Positions 27,069 to 36,291 are shown, counted from the first letter of the stretch. The stretch: 46,779 bases of DNA from Patescibacteria group bacterium (GCA_038065595.1 JBBTQR010000003.1:1-46779); one strand, 5' to 3'. Made by a program: numbers and translations. Notes: a model not told the origin generated them from the sequence alone.

Positions 27069-28841
27069 ATGAATAAAATTGATAATTCACAACTCCGATC
27101 TTTTTTGGAAGATGTAGGTAAAATTTCCCCCGAACAACTTGACGGGCTTTTTCGTGAAGCAAAAAAATCAAACACATATCTCGGCATGCTTCTTTTAGAA
27201 AAAAAATTAATCTCTGAGGAAGAGCTACAGAAGCTTGAAGCGTATATTCTCGGAATTCCGTTTATTGATTTCGCGCATGAACGAATAGACGAAGAAACTC
27301 TTCACCTCATTCCCGAGTCAATTGCAAAAAAATATAATATTATTGCGTATAAAAAAACGGCGACAGATCTTCAAATCGCGATGCTTGATCCAAGCAACAT
27401 TGAAGTAATTGAATTTATTAAAAAGACCACAAATTTAAAAATTCTTCCACGACTTACAAATATAGAATCAATCCGAGAAGCTCTAAAACAATACAGAAAA
27501 TCTCTTGAGATTGAATTCGAAGAAATTCTTGGCGATACAGGCGAGACACGCGGAGCCGATATCACGCATATTCAAAAAGAAAATGCCAACGGCGAAGAAC
27601 CAAATACCGAGGAATTAAAAAAAATCGCAGAAGACCTGCCGATTGTAAAAATCGTTGACACGCTCATACAGCACGCGATTCTTGAACGCGCAAGCGACAT
27701 ACATATAGAACCAAATGAACAGGATGTTATCGTTCGCTACCGCGTTGACGGGATTCTTCATGACGCGATGACTCTTCCAAAAAAAGTAGCACGCGGAGTC
27801 GTCGCCCGCATCAAGGTAATGTCAAATTTAAAGATTGACGAACACCGCCTTCCACAAGACGGGAGATTCAAGCTAGAAACGCGCGAACATAAAGTTTCGT
27901 TCCGCGTTTCAATACTTCCGATTTTTGACGGTGAAAAAATCGTTATTCGCCTCCTCCCGGAAGATGCGAAAGGATTTTCTTTGACCGAAATTGGCTTCCG
28001 AGGAGACGCACTAGAAAAAGTCCAGCAATACATCAAGAAGCCTACGGGAATCATTCTTGTCACAGGGCCGACAGGCTCAGGAAAAACAACAACGCTCTAT
28101 ACCATTCTGGACATCCTAAACTCACCCGATGTTAATATTTCAACAATTGAAGATCCGATAGAATACCGCATGCCACGCGTAAACCAAACGCAAGTAAAAC
28201 CAGAAATCGGACTTTCTTTTGGATCTGGATTGCGCGCACTCCTGCGTCAAGACCCGAATATAATTATGGTCGGAGAAATTCGTGATGAAGAAACGGCGAA
28301 ACTTGCAATCAACGCCGCACTCACCGGTCACCTCGTTCTATCCACTATACACACAAACTCAGCCTCAGGAACTCTTCCGCGCCTTCTTGAAATGGGCATT
28401 GAACCGTTTCTTATCGCTTCAACCGTAAATCTCATTATTGCACAACGGCTCGTCCGACGGCTCTCTGGAGCAAAAAAGCGCATTCCAATAGAAAAAAACG
28501 CGATTCCCCACATCACACAACGGATCAACATAGAGCGCGTTGTAAAATTCCTTCAGAAAGAACGCGTGATTGATCAAAAAACGTCATTTGAAAAAATTCT
28601 TTGGTCCGAACCAGAAAAAACAGAAGAAGTCCCAACGGGTTACAAGGGACGAATCGGCATCTACGAAGTTTTAGAAGTTACTGAAGCAATCAAAGAAATC
28701 ATTACAAAACAAGGAACCGCTGACGCTGTTGAAAAAAAGGCCCGCGAAGAAGGAATGATTACAATGCTTGAAGACGGAATTTTAAAAGCCGCCGAAGGAG
28801 TAACAACGCTTGAAGAAATCTTGCGCGTTACTTCTGATTAA
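27069..28841 (+). CDS. pilB: Type IV pilus assembly ATPase (GspE/PilB family)
   Basis: N-terminal GSPII_E_N-like domain, Walker A GPTGSGKTTT, Asp box, Walker B IIMVGEIRD, and His box TGHLVLSTIHT. Confidence 0.93.
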   Translation: MNKIDNSQLRSFLEDVGKISPEQLDGLFREAKKSNTYLGMLLLEKKLISEEELQKLEAYILGIPFIDFAHERIDEETLHLIPESIAKKYNIIAYKKTATDLQIAMLDPSNIEVIEFIKKTTNLKILPRLTNIESIREALKQYRKSLEIEFEEILGDTGETRGADITHIQKENANGEEPNTEELKKIAEDLPIVKIVDTLIQHAILERASDIHIEPNEQDVIVRYRVDGILHDAMTLPKKVARGVVARIKVMSNLKIDEHRLPQDGRFKLETREHKVSFRVSILPIFDGEKIVIRLLPEDAKGFSLTEIGFRGDALEKVQQYIKKPTGIILVTGPTGSGKTTTLYTILDILNSPDVNISTIEDPIEYRMPRVNQTQVKPEIGLSFGSGLRALLRQDPNIIMVGEIRDEETAKLAINAALTGHLVLSTIHTNSASGTLPRLLEMGIEPFLIASTVNLIIAQRLVRRLSGAKKRIPIEKNAIPHITQRINIERVVKFLQKERVIDQKTSFEKILWSEPEKTEEVPTGYKGRIGIYEVLEVTEAIKEIITKQGTADAVEKKAREEGMITMLEDGILKAAEGVTTLEEILRVTSD

Positions 28842-29640
28842 ATAACTTTTTTGTAAACAAAAACCACTGCTCAAGAGAAAGCTCGCTCGCGCGAGCCTTT
28901 TCATTAATTCGCAATTCTAAAAAAAAACTGCTCATTTCTTCCATTGAACGACTCAGGGAATGTGCAAAATTTCGAATAAGAAATTTTCTTGGATGCGAAA
29001 AACCCGCACGAAGAACTATAAAAAAATTATCTTGGGAAACGCAATGTTTCAAAAATTGCTGCCGTGAAATACCTGAAACAGAAAGAACGGCAGAATCAAC
29101 CTTCGGGGAAGGGAGAAAGTGCTGTCGTGGAACATCCACAATGATCCGCGGAACGCCAAACGCCTGAATTGAAACGGACAAAAGTGAATTGTGGGGCTCG
29201 TTTGCGATAATTCGGTCTGCAACCTCTTTTTGAACCATAAATATAATTTCTTGTGGCAAAACCTTCTCATTTTCAAATGTTTTTCTAAAAATATACGCGG
29301 TAAGGTAATATGGGATATTTCCGATAAGACTATATGGATTTCCTTTCGCATATTCGGTGAACGAAATATCGCGCGCGTCTGCGTTCACAAGCACGCAATT
29401 TTTTATATTTCGTTTTTTGATTTCTTTCCGTAAGGACTCTGCCAAAAACCTATCCTTCTCAATTATGATGAGGCTTTTTGCGCGAGCGACAATACGAAAA
29501 GTCAAAACCCCCTCCCCCGGTCCAATTTCAATAATCGCATCGCTTGATTCATAGTGAATCGCGTCTGCGATTAAATCCGCAATCTCCGGCGATTGCAAAA
29601 AATTCTGCCCAAATTTTCGTTGATGAGAGTAGGTTGACAT
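28828..29640 (-). CDS. rsmA: 16S rRNA (adenine1518/1519-N6)-dimethyltransferase
   Basis: KFGQNFL motif, SAM site EIGPGEGVLT, and NIPYY. Start placed at MSTYSHQ. The 3' end overlaps the 3' end of pilB by 14 nt (convergent). Confidence 0.9.
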   Translation of the reverse strand: MSTYSHQRKFGQNFLQSPEIADLIADAIHYESSDAIIEIGPGEGVLTFRIVARAKSLIIIEKDRFLAESLRKEIKKRNIKNCVLVNADARDISFTEYAKGNPYSLIGNIPYYLTAYIFRKTFENEKVLPQEIIFMVQKEVADRIIANEPHNSLLSVSIQAFGVPRIIVDVPRQHFLPSPKVDSAVLSVSGISRQQFLKHCVSQDNFFIVLRAGFSHPRKFLIRNFAHSLSRSMEEMSSFFLELRINEKARASELSLEQWFLFTKKLFNQK

Positions 29641-29765
29641 ATACACAAAATACCAATATGAATAACAATAGAACCTTACCAAACACAATCTAAAAAAGCG
29701 AGGTGACGCGTGGGCATTATTATTTTGGTTATTGTTATTTTATGCGCGTTTTTCTTTTTCGAGCA

Positions 29766-30506
29766 ATGGACGAGGAAACAATAATGACGCTTTCAAAAAG
29801 TTGCAGAACTATCACACAAAGATACGAACAGCCCATGGCTTTTCTTCTCGAAAGATACCTTGAAACGAATCGTTGTGCACAAGCGTTCTTTGAGTGTGGA
29901 TACGAAAAAGATATTTATATTGATCATATTACTCCGCGAACAAAGCTTCCTTTGCAAGAAAAAGCAAAAATATTTGAAAGAATCGGATACCGCTTTATAT
30001 GTCGTTATTCGTATCCGAAAGATGGGTGGTTCGCATATGTTTATACATTTGAAAATCAAGAAAATCGTCCGCTTTCATATCCCTATCATCCCGTTATTTT
30101 CACGGATAAAGCTTATTCATTTCACGGCGCATATGGACAAGCCGCACGAAAAAACCCCATTCCTAATTGGATCGATGAATTCCCAGAAAATAATCGAGAA
30201 AATTTTCTTCTTCATCATGTCGCATGCCGTGTGTACAACATCGAAAACGCTGTCAAAAAAATGGAATCGGACGGACACATGTTTGCGAGAAAATCCGATG
30301 GCTCACTTGCCATCCTTTCTGGATATGCTGGAAAATTAAAACAGATATTTTCAAAACCAGAAATGCTCATTGGCGCCAAAAGCAAAAAGCTTATATCTGG
30401 CACAGCATTTGAACTGATATACCGACACCAATCGCTCAACGGCTGGGACTTTATAAAATCTCAAGCGAGCGATCTTATGATGAAACAATCAGTCGAAAGT
30501 TTATGA
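29766..30506 (+). CDS. Hypothetical protein, possibly a VOC-fold / DUF1338-like metalloenzyme (start uncertain: 29703, 29766 or 29784)
   Basis: Spaced motifs DHITPRT, HHVACRVYNIE and FELIYR recall the His/His/Glu metal triad pattern of DUF1338-type dioxygenases. This assignment is from memory only. Confidence 0.5.
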   Translation: MDEETIMTLSKSCRTITQRYEQPMAFLLERYLETNRCAQAFFECGYEKDIYIDHITPRTKLPLQEKAKIFERIGYRFICRYSYPKDGWFAYVYTFENQENRPLSYPYHPVIFTDKAYSFHGAYGQAARKNPIPNWIDEFPENNRENFLLHHVACRVYNIENAVKKMESDGHMFARKSDGSLAILSGYAGKLKQIFSKPEMLIGAKSKKLISGTAFELIYRHQSLNGWDFIKSQASDLMMKQSVESL

Positions 30507-30546
30507 GCGTTGATCTGACTTTCATTTTCAATCATCCGTACTCATA

Positions 30547-30577
30547 TAAAAATCCCCTCTTGCGAGGGGATTTCTTT
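30547..30577. terminator. Bidirectional terminator between the convergent 29766-30506 gene and the HU gene
   Basis: 8-bp stem atcccctc/gaggggat, loop ttgc, with an A-run before and a T-rich run after. Confidence 0.8.
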
Positions 30578-30584
30578 GTGCTGG

Positions 30585-30857
30585 TTAGAGAACAGCTTCT
30601 TTCAATTGCTTTGCCGCACGAAACTTTGGGGCGGTCTTTGCGTTAATATGGATCTTTTCGCCCGTCTTCGGGTTAATGCCCTCACGAGCTGCGCGCTTCA
30701 TAACCTTGAAAACGCCAAATCCCGCGACTTTAACCTGATCGCCACTGACCATCGCTTTCTGGATCGCGTCAAAAATCATATCAACGAGCTCCAATGAATC
30801 TTTCTTTGTACCATTCGTCTTCGCCATAACGAGTTCAGCAAGTCCTTTTTTGTCCAT
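30585..30857 (-). CDS. hup: HU-family DNA-binding protein
   Basis: 90 aa with canonical HU motifs (GFGVFKV..RAAREGINPKTGEKI.I.A...PKF.A.K.LK). Confidence 0.93.
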   Translation of the reverse strand: MDKKGLAELVMAKTNGTKKDSLELVDMIFDAIQKAMVSGDQVKVAGFGVFKVMKRAAREGINPKTGEKIHINAKTAPKFRAAKQLKEAVL

Positions 30858-31027
30858 TTTTTAGTAACAAGCAAAACGCGACATGAGACAAGGGGTTTCC
30901 GCATCTCTTGGTGGGTATTTCTTGTTGCTTTTTATATTATAACTTTTAATTTTTCTGCCAAAGGCAGATAATTTCTAAAAACGAAGACCGTTTCTTCAAT
31001 GAAAACATTTTAGCAATATGCGAGTAT

Positions 31028-31837
31028 TTACGCAACTTTTTGTGCAAGCGACTTATCAACAACCTCCCTTAAGCGTTTTACACTGATAGCGCGCCCCGTT
31101 TCATTGTTGATGTCAATAAGTACCGCGTTAATTTCATATGGAGGCGCAACGGCAATATCTGTTTTTGCTGAAAGCTGGGAAACAAGGCGTCCAAGATTCA
31201 ATTTTACATCTTCTCCGATAATAGAAATATGCGGTCCAACCATTCCAACATCTGAAATAAATGCCGTCCCCTTACTCAAAATCCGCTCATCAGCCGTCGG
31301 CGTATGCGTATGGCTCCCCACAACAGCAGAAACTCGCCCATCCAAATACCACCCCATAGCAATCTTCTCCGAAGTAGCTTCAGCGTGCCAATCAACAAAA
31401 ATATGTTTTATATCGGAATATTTCGCTAAAACAGCGTCAACGACAGGAAAAGGCACCTGATACACTTTTTTCATGTGGACATTTCCGATGGCGTTGATAA
31501 TAAGAAGTTTTTTGCCTACCACTTCGCGAATTAAAAAACCCCGCCCGGGTATATGGGGCTGAAAATTAATTGGTCTAATAAGAGCAAGCGATTCATCTGC
31601 AAGAATTTTAAGCGCGTCAGGACCATCGGTCGCGTGATTACCCGTGGTAACGACATCAATACCCGCTTCAAAAATTTCTTTAATTGTTCGCTCGCTGATT
31701 CCCTTCCCATGAGAAACATTCTCACCGTTGGCAATAACAATATCGGGGCTATATTCTTTTTTCCAGAGTGGAATGATATAGCGAAGCGCCTCTCTCCCCG
31801 GCCGTCCCACCACATCTCCAAAAAAGAGTATTTTCAT
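31028..31837 (-). CDS. ymdB: YmdB-like metallophosphoesterase (2',3'-cyclic-nucleotide phosphodiesterase family)
   Basis: N-terminus MKILFFGDVVGRPGR, plus GENVSHGKG and GNH. Lies downstream of rny, as in Firmicutes. Confidence 0.88.
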   Translation of the reverse strand: MKILFFGDVVGRPGREALRYIIPLWKKEYSPDIVIANGENVSHGKGISERTIKEIFEAGIDVVTTGNHATDGPDALKILADESLALIRPINFQPHIPGRGFLIREVVGKKLLIINAIGNVHMKKVYQVPFPVVDAVLAKYSDIKHIFVDWHAEATSEKIAMGWYLDGRVSAVVGSHTHTPTADERILSKGTAFISDVGMVGPHISIIGEDVKLNLGRLVSQLSAKTDIAVAPPYEINAVLIDINNETGRAISVKRLREVVDKSLAQKVA

Positions 31838-31892
31838 AATTGCTTAGTGTTCCATTCTAAAATTAAAGGTTGGGAACAAAAAATTGAAAAGT

Positions 31893-33422
31893 TTATCGTG
31901 CGTATTCAATCGCGCGCATTTCGCGGATGACATTTACTTTAATTTCTCCCGGGTATTTAAGATCCTGCTCAATTTTAAGAGCAATATCCCGCGCAAGAGT
32001 CCGCGCTTCAAGATCGCTTATCTTTTCCGGCGTTACGAACACGCGAATTTCACGACCCGCCTGAATCGCGTATGATTTTTCAACGCCTTCAAAAGAATTG
32101 GTAATCGCTTCAAGTTCCTGCAAACGGCGAAGATAATTTTCTACTGAATCGCGCCGTGCTCCGGGACGCGACGCAGATATTGCGTCAGCTGTTTGAACAA
32201 TAATTGATTCCAAAGTTTCATATGGATACTCTTCGTGATGCGACTGCATGGCTTGAATAACGGGCTTTTCAACGCCAAATTTCGCGAGAATACGCCGACC
32301 AATTTCAACATGCGTTCCCTGTATTTCGTGATCAACTGCTTTCCCGATGTCGTGTACGAGCGCGCCAAATTTTGCAATACGAATATCTCCACCCAATTCT
32401 TCGGCGAGCATTCCAGAAATATGCACCATTTCCATAGAGTGCATAAGAACATTCTGTCCATAGCTTGTGCGAAACTTCAGACGCCCAATAAGATGAAGAA
32501 GCTTTGGATCAAGATTAAAAATTCCCGATTCATATGCGGCCGCCTCTCCGATTGATTTCAGTTGTTTCTCCATTTCCGCCTTTGATTTTGCCACCACCTC
32601 TTCAATGCGAGCCGGCTGAATGCGTCCATCTACGACAAGTATCTCAAGCGCTGCGCGCGCGATCTGCCGTCGCACAGGGTCAAACCCCGAAATAACGACT
32701 GCTCCGGGGGTGTCGTCAACAATAATCTCAACGCCCGCGGCGCGCTCAAGGGCACGGATATTTCTCCCCTCGCGACCTATAATCTTCCCCTTGATATCAT
32801 CGTTGGGGATAGCGACAACAGTCGTTGTTACCTCGGAAGCAGTTGAGGTCGCCAATCGTTGAATAACCGTTGAAAGAATGTTTTTAGCTCTCCGTTCCAA
32901 ATCTTCAATACCCGTCGTTTCAAGCTTGCGCAGACGAAGCATGAGATCATCCGCATGATTCTGCTCAATTTTCCGGAAAAGCTCTTTCTGAGCCTCTTCT
33001 CGCGAGAGCATTGCAATTCGTTCAAGCTCTTTTGAAATTTTCTCTTTTTCTGTCTCAAGTTCTCTTTTTAGTCCAGTAGCCTTTTCAATCTTTTCTTCGG
33101 CGTCCTTATTCTTTACATCAAGATCGTTCAGTTTCTTATCCAAAAATACCTCGCGCGACTGCACCCGTTCCTCTGTTTTTCGAACCTGCGTTTCACGGTC
33201 ACGAATTTCGTTTCGTGCTTCTTGGAGAAACTCCGAAGCGTTATTTTTTGCCTTAAAAATTATTTCTTTTGCCTCTTGTTTTGAATCCTCAACAAATTTC
33301 TGAACTTTTGCTTCAATTGAATTTTTTCGTTTACGCACGACAAGCTGTCTAACAATATAACCAACAAAAAACCCAACCGCAATTGAGGCAATACTTATAG
33401 CAATAATAATTGGTAGTGACAT
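31893..33422 (-). CDS. rny: Ribonuclease Y
   Basis: N-terminal TM helix, long coiled coil, KH domain (GKIIGREGRNIRALE) and HD domain (HDIGKA...H). Confidence 0.95.
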   Translation of the reverse strand: MSLPIIIAISIASIAVGFFVGYIVRQLVVRKRKNSIEAKVQKFVEDSKQEAKEIIFKAKNNASEFLQEARNEIRDRETQVRKTEERVQSREVFLDKKLNDLDVKNKDAEEKIEKATGLKRELETEKEKISKELERIAMLSREEAQKELFRKIEQNHADDLMLRLRKLETTGIEDLERRAKNILSTVIQRLATSTASEVTTTVVAIPNDDIKGKIIGREGRNIRALERAAGVEIIVDDTPGAVVISGFDPVRRQIARAALEILVVDGRIQPARIEEVVAKSKAEMEKQLKSIGEAAAYESGIFNLDPKLLHLIGRLKFRTSYGQNVLMHSMEMVHISGMLAEELGGDIRIAKFGALVHDIGKAVDHEIQGTHVEIGRRILAKFGVEKPVIQAMQSHHEEYPYETLESIIVQTADAISASRPGARRDSVENYLRRLQELEAITNSFEGVEKSYAIQAGREIRVFVTPEKISDLEARTLARDIALKIEQDLKYPGEIKVNVIREMRAIEYAR

Positions 33423-33517
33423 ATTCTTCCGGCAAAGAAGGTTTGGAAGAAATTGAGAAACCTACATGTGTGTGTCGTGCCTAACGGTGAAGATGTGATT
33501 GTCCGTAGAGATACGCA

Positions 33518-33589
33518 TCAATCAAGTTCCGTTCTAATTCCCGACATATTACAAGGCGTTATCAAGATTATCAAATCAACGGTCTTCAT
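33518..33589 (-). other. Candidate 23-codon mini-ORF with a very strong SD in the rny upstream region
   Basis: Minus strand reads GGAGGAGGGG tag ATG AAG ACC ... TGA, giving MKTVDLIILITPCNMSGIRTELD. No homology can be assessed for a peptide this short. Confidence 0.2.
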
Positions 33590-34019
33590 CTACCCCTCCT
33601 CCGTGTTGCGAGAGAATCAGAACAACGACACCTATCCGCCACGAGCAGACAAAAAACTTAATGCAATTTACTAAATTGACATTTTTTTGTGTGAAAACAT
33701 GTTTAGGTTTGTGGGATGCGTTGTGAAAATAAATACGAACACTATTCATCCCACACATAGGTTCTATGCGAAATCTTTTTGATCTTGCAAATACTACTAT
33801 GTGTGGAATTCACGAAACGTTCCGAATATCAACTTCTGAAAACTTCTTTGTTTGTATAAAAATTAAAAATAATACACCATAAGTGTACTAAAAATTAGTC
33901 AAAAAAGCAATACGGTGTATGCGTCCAGCGCATATGGCGTATTGTGAGTTCAAGAAACCTGTATGACGGCATAGAGTAGAAAACGCACTACATAGATTGT
34001 TTTTAGGAAGGAGCATACA

Positions 34020-34466
34020 ATGAAAATTGCTCGTTTCATAGGCGTTACTATTGGAATAGTGCTCATATCAAGCGCGGTTGACATGGTTTACGCGCCTGAA
34101 AAATTTATTTACGGGATTTTGATTGGGGGTACGGGACTGTGCTGTATAGTCATATTCGCATATCGCGATGTCATTATATTTCGCGCAGAACATATCCACG
34201 GAGGACTCACAGAACTAGATCCTTTAAAAGTATACGAACGATTGTTTATTCGCAAAGAGCTTAGCGTTAAAGAGCCTTGCCTCGTCGTATTTAGAATCCT
34301 TAACGAGAAAAAACGCTATAAAACATTCACGATGCATGCGCCTCCAAGATACTTTAAAGTTACGGACAATGGCGATACCATCCCATATCTTTGGCAGATC
34401 AAGGGTGGAAAAAAAACACTTCCAAATCTCGCAAAAATATATTTGTTTCCAAAAAACCGTCCGTAA
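34020..34466 (+). CDS. Hypothetical membrane protein (two TM helices plus a soluble C-terminal domain)
   Basis: Strong SD AGGAAGGAG 6 nt upstream of the ATG. Its own terminator overlaps the stop codon. Confidence 0.7.
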   Translation: MKIARFIGVTIGIVLISSAVDMVYAPEKFIYGILIGGTGLCCIVIFAYRDVIIFRAEHIHGGLTELDPLKVYERLFIRKELSVKEPCLVVFRILNEKKRYKTFTMHAPPRYFKVTDNGDTIPYLWQIKGGKKTLPNLAKIYLFPKNRP

Positions 34467-34490
34467 GCGCACAGCTTACGGATTTTTTTT
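34461..34490 (+). terminator. Intrinsic terminator of the 34020-34466 gene
   Basis: 8-bp stem ccgtaagc/gcttacgg, loop gcaca, then T8. Confidence 0.85.
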
Positions 34491-34599
34491 ACCAAAAACA
34501 AAGAATTTAAGAGTAATTATTATGCTTTTTTGTACTTACGGTAGGAAAAAGATTCGTTATGCAAAAACCCAAAAAATAAGGTATAATAAAACAACGCAC

Positions 34600-36228
34600 A
34601 TGAACGAAAGTCAATTATCTAAAAAAATATATCGCACTATCGTCCTGCTTGTCTTGGACGGTTTTGGAATATCAAATGAAAAATACGGCAACCCAATTTA
34701 TGAAACCCCGAAGCCAAATCTTGATTTTATTGAAAAAAAATTTCCTTTTACAACCCTTCAGGCATCAGGAACTGCCGTCGGTCTTCCGTGGGGAGAGTCG
34801 GGAAACTCCGAAGTCGGGCACTTAACGATTGGCGCGGGCACGGTAGTCTATCACCACCTTCCACGGATCGTTTCTGCGATTCAAGATCAATCTTTTTTTT
34901 CAAACGAAGCACTTGTTGGGGCCGCGGAGCATGTTAAAACATTTAAAACTCGCTGCCATATCATTGGACTTGTTTCATCAGGATCTGTGCATAGTTATAT
35001 CGATCATTTTTACGCGCTTTTTGAATTTGTAAAACTTCAGCAATTGCCAGAAGTTTTTTTACACATCATTACAGATGGAAAAGACGCGCCTCCAAATGAA
35101 GGCGGAAAATTTATTCCCCAAATTGAAGAACGGCTCAAAAAACTCTACCCGAATATAAAAATCGCGAGCATCATCGGCAGAACATTTGCGATGGATCGCG
35201 ATGAAAGGTGGGATCGTATTAAAAGCGCGTACCAGCTTTTCGTAAATGGCACAGGAACCCCAATTACCATTGCATCTGAATATGTTAATGATTCCTATAA
35301 AAAAGAAGTTTATGATTCGTTTATTGAGCCGGCCTTTATTGCGGATATCAGCGGAAAGCCAGTCGGAACGATTCAAGATGGGGACGCCGTCATATTCTCA
35401 AACTTTCGCGAAGACAGTATGCGGGAAATCACCGAACCATTTATTAAAGATTCATTTGATAAGTTTCCGCACGCACGCCTTATGAATCTCTACATCGCGA
35501 CAATGACGGAATATTCAAAAATGCTACGCACGCATGTTGCGTTCCCGTCTATTGAAATTAAATACCCCCTCGCGCGTGTCATTAGCGAAGCCGGAATGCG
35601 CCAGCTTCACACCGCAGAAACGGAAAAATACGCTCATGTAACATATTTTTTTAATGGCGGAAATGAAACGCGCCATACAGGAGAAGAGTGGGAACTCATT
35701 CGCTCAATCGCGACGGCACGATACGATGAAGCTCCGCGCATGCGTACGCATGAAATTACCGACCTTATCATTCAAAACCTCCCGACATACCAATTCATCC
35801 TGGCAAATTTCGCCAACGCTGATATGGTCGGACACACGGGAAATTATGAAGCGATTAAAAATGCAATCACCAGTATTGATGAAGAAATTGGTAGAATAAC
35901 AGAAGCTGTCCTAAATACCGATAGCACACTAATCATTACAGGAGATCATGGAAACGCCGAACTAAAAATAAGTAAAACAACTGGCGCGATGTTAACGGAA
36001 CATACCAATAATCCCGTTCCCTTCTATCTTATTGGAAAAGATTTTATTTTGAAAAATGATAGACCGCAAACAAAAATAAAAAAAATGCGTGAAGAAATCG
36101 GTGGCGTTTTAACCGACATTTCGCCAACGATTATTGAATTATTCGGCTTGCGCGCGCCATCTGAAATGATCGGTAAAAATCTTTTGCCTTTGCTCATTAA
36201 ACAAATTGATGAAAACTCATCAATTTGA
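34600..36228 (+). CDS. gpmI: 2,3-bisphosphoglycerate-independent phosphoglycerate mutase
   Basis: LLVLDGFG, catalytic-Ser context GNSEVGHLTIGAG, HIITDGKD, TEKYAHVTYFFNGG, NFANADMVGHTG and ITGDHGNAE. Start moved to 34600 because the upstream extension overlaps another gene and its terminator. Confidence 0.93.
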   Translation: MNESQLSKKIYRTIVLLVLDGFGISNEKYGNPIYETPKPNLDFIEKKFPFTTLQASGTAVGLPWGESGNSEVGHLTIGAGTVVYHHLPRIVSAIQDQSFFSNEALVGAAEHVKTFKTRCHIIGLVSSGSVHSYIDHFYALFEFVKLQQLPEVFLHIITDGKDAPPNEGGKFIPQIEERLKKLYPNIKIASIIGRTFAMDRDERWDRIKSAYQLFVNGTGTPITIASEYVNDSYKKEVYDSFIEPAFIADISGKPVGTIQDGDAVIFSNFREDSMREITEPFIKDSFDKFPHARLMNLYIATMTEYSKMLRTHVAFPSIEIKYPLARVISEAGMRQLHTAETEKYAHVTYFFNGGNETRHTGEEWELIRSIATARYDEAPRMRTHEITDLIIQNLPTYQFILANFANADMVGHTGNYEAIKNAITSIDEEIGRITEAVLNTDSTLIITGDHGNAELKISKTTGAMLTEHTNNPVPFYLIGKDFILKNDRPQTKIKKMREEIGGVLTDISPTIIELFGLRAPSEMIGKNLLPLLIKQIDENSSI

Positions 36229-36253
36229 AAATATTTAAAACGGTAAAAATAAC

Positions 36254-36291
36254 TTGACTTTTGTTTCTACAACGCGTATGCTCGCGTTGTA
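36254..36291 (+). promoter_or_regulatory. Promoter with a palindrome embracing the -10 box (candidate operator)
   Basis: TTGACT (36254-36259), 17-nt spacer, TATGCT (36277-36282). The 9-bp arms tacaacgcg (36268-36276) and cgcgttgta (36283-36291) flank the -10 hexamer exactly. Confidence 0.5.

Noticed and set aside
33453-33674. 73-aa plus-strand ORF (TTG start) in the rny upstream region
   Set aside because: It has a non-ATG start without a convincing SD, no terminator and no recognisable features. The region is treated as noncoding or regulatory, with the caveat that this was not tested.
34336-34599. The N-terminal extension of the gpmI ORF (630-aa version)
   Set aside because: The extension overlaps the 3' end and the terminator of the 34020-34466 gene and has no similarity to the GpmI N-terminus. 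The conserved sequence starts at MNESQ..LLVLDGFG (34600), just after a TATAAT box.
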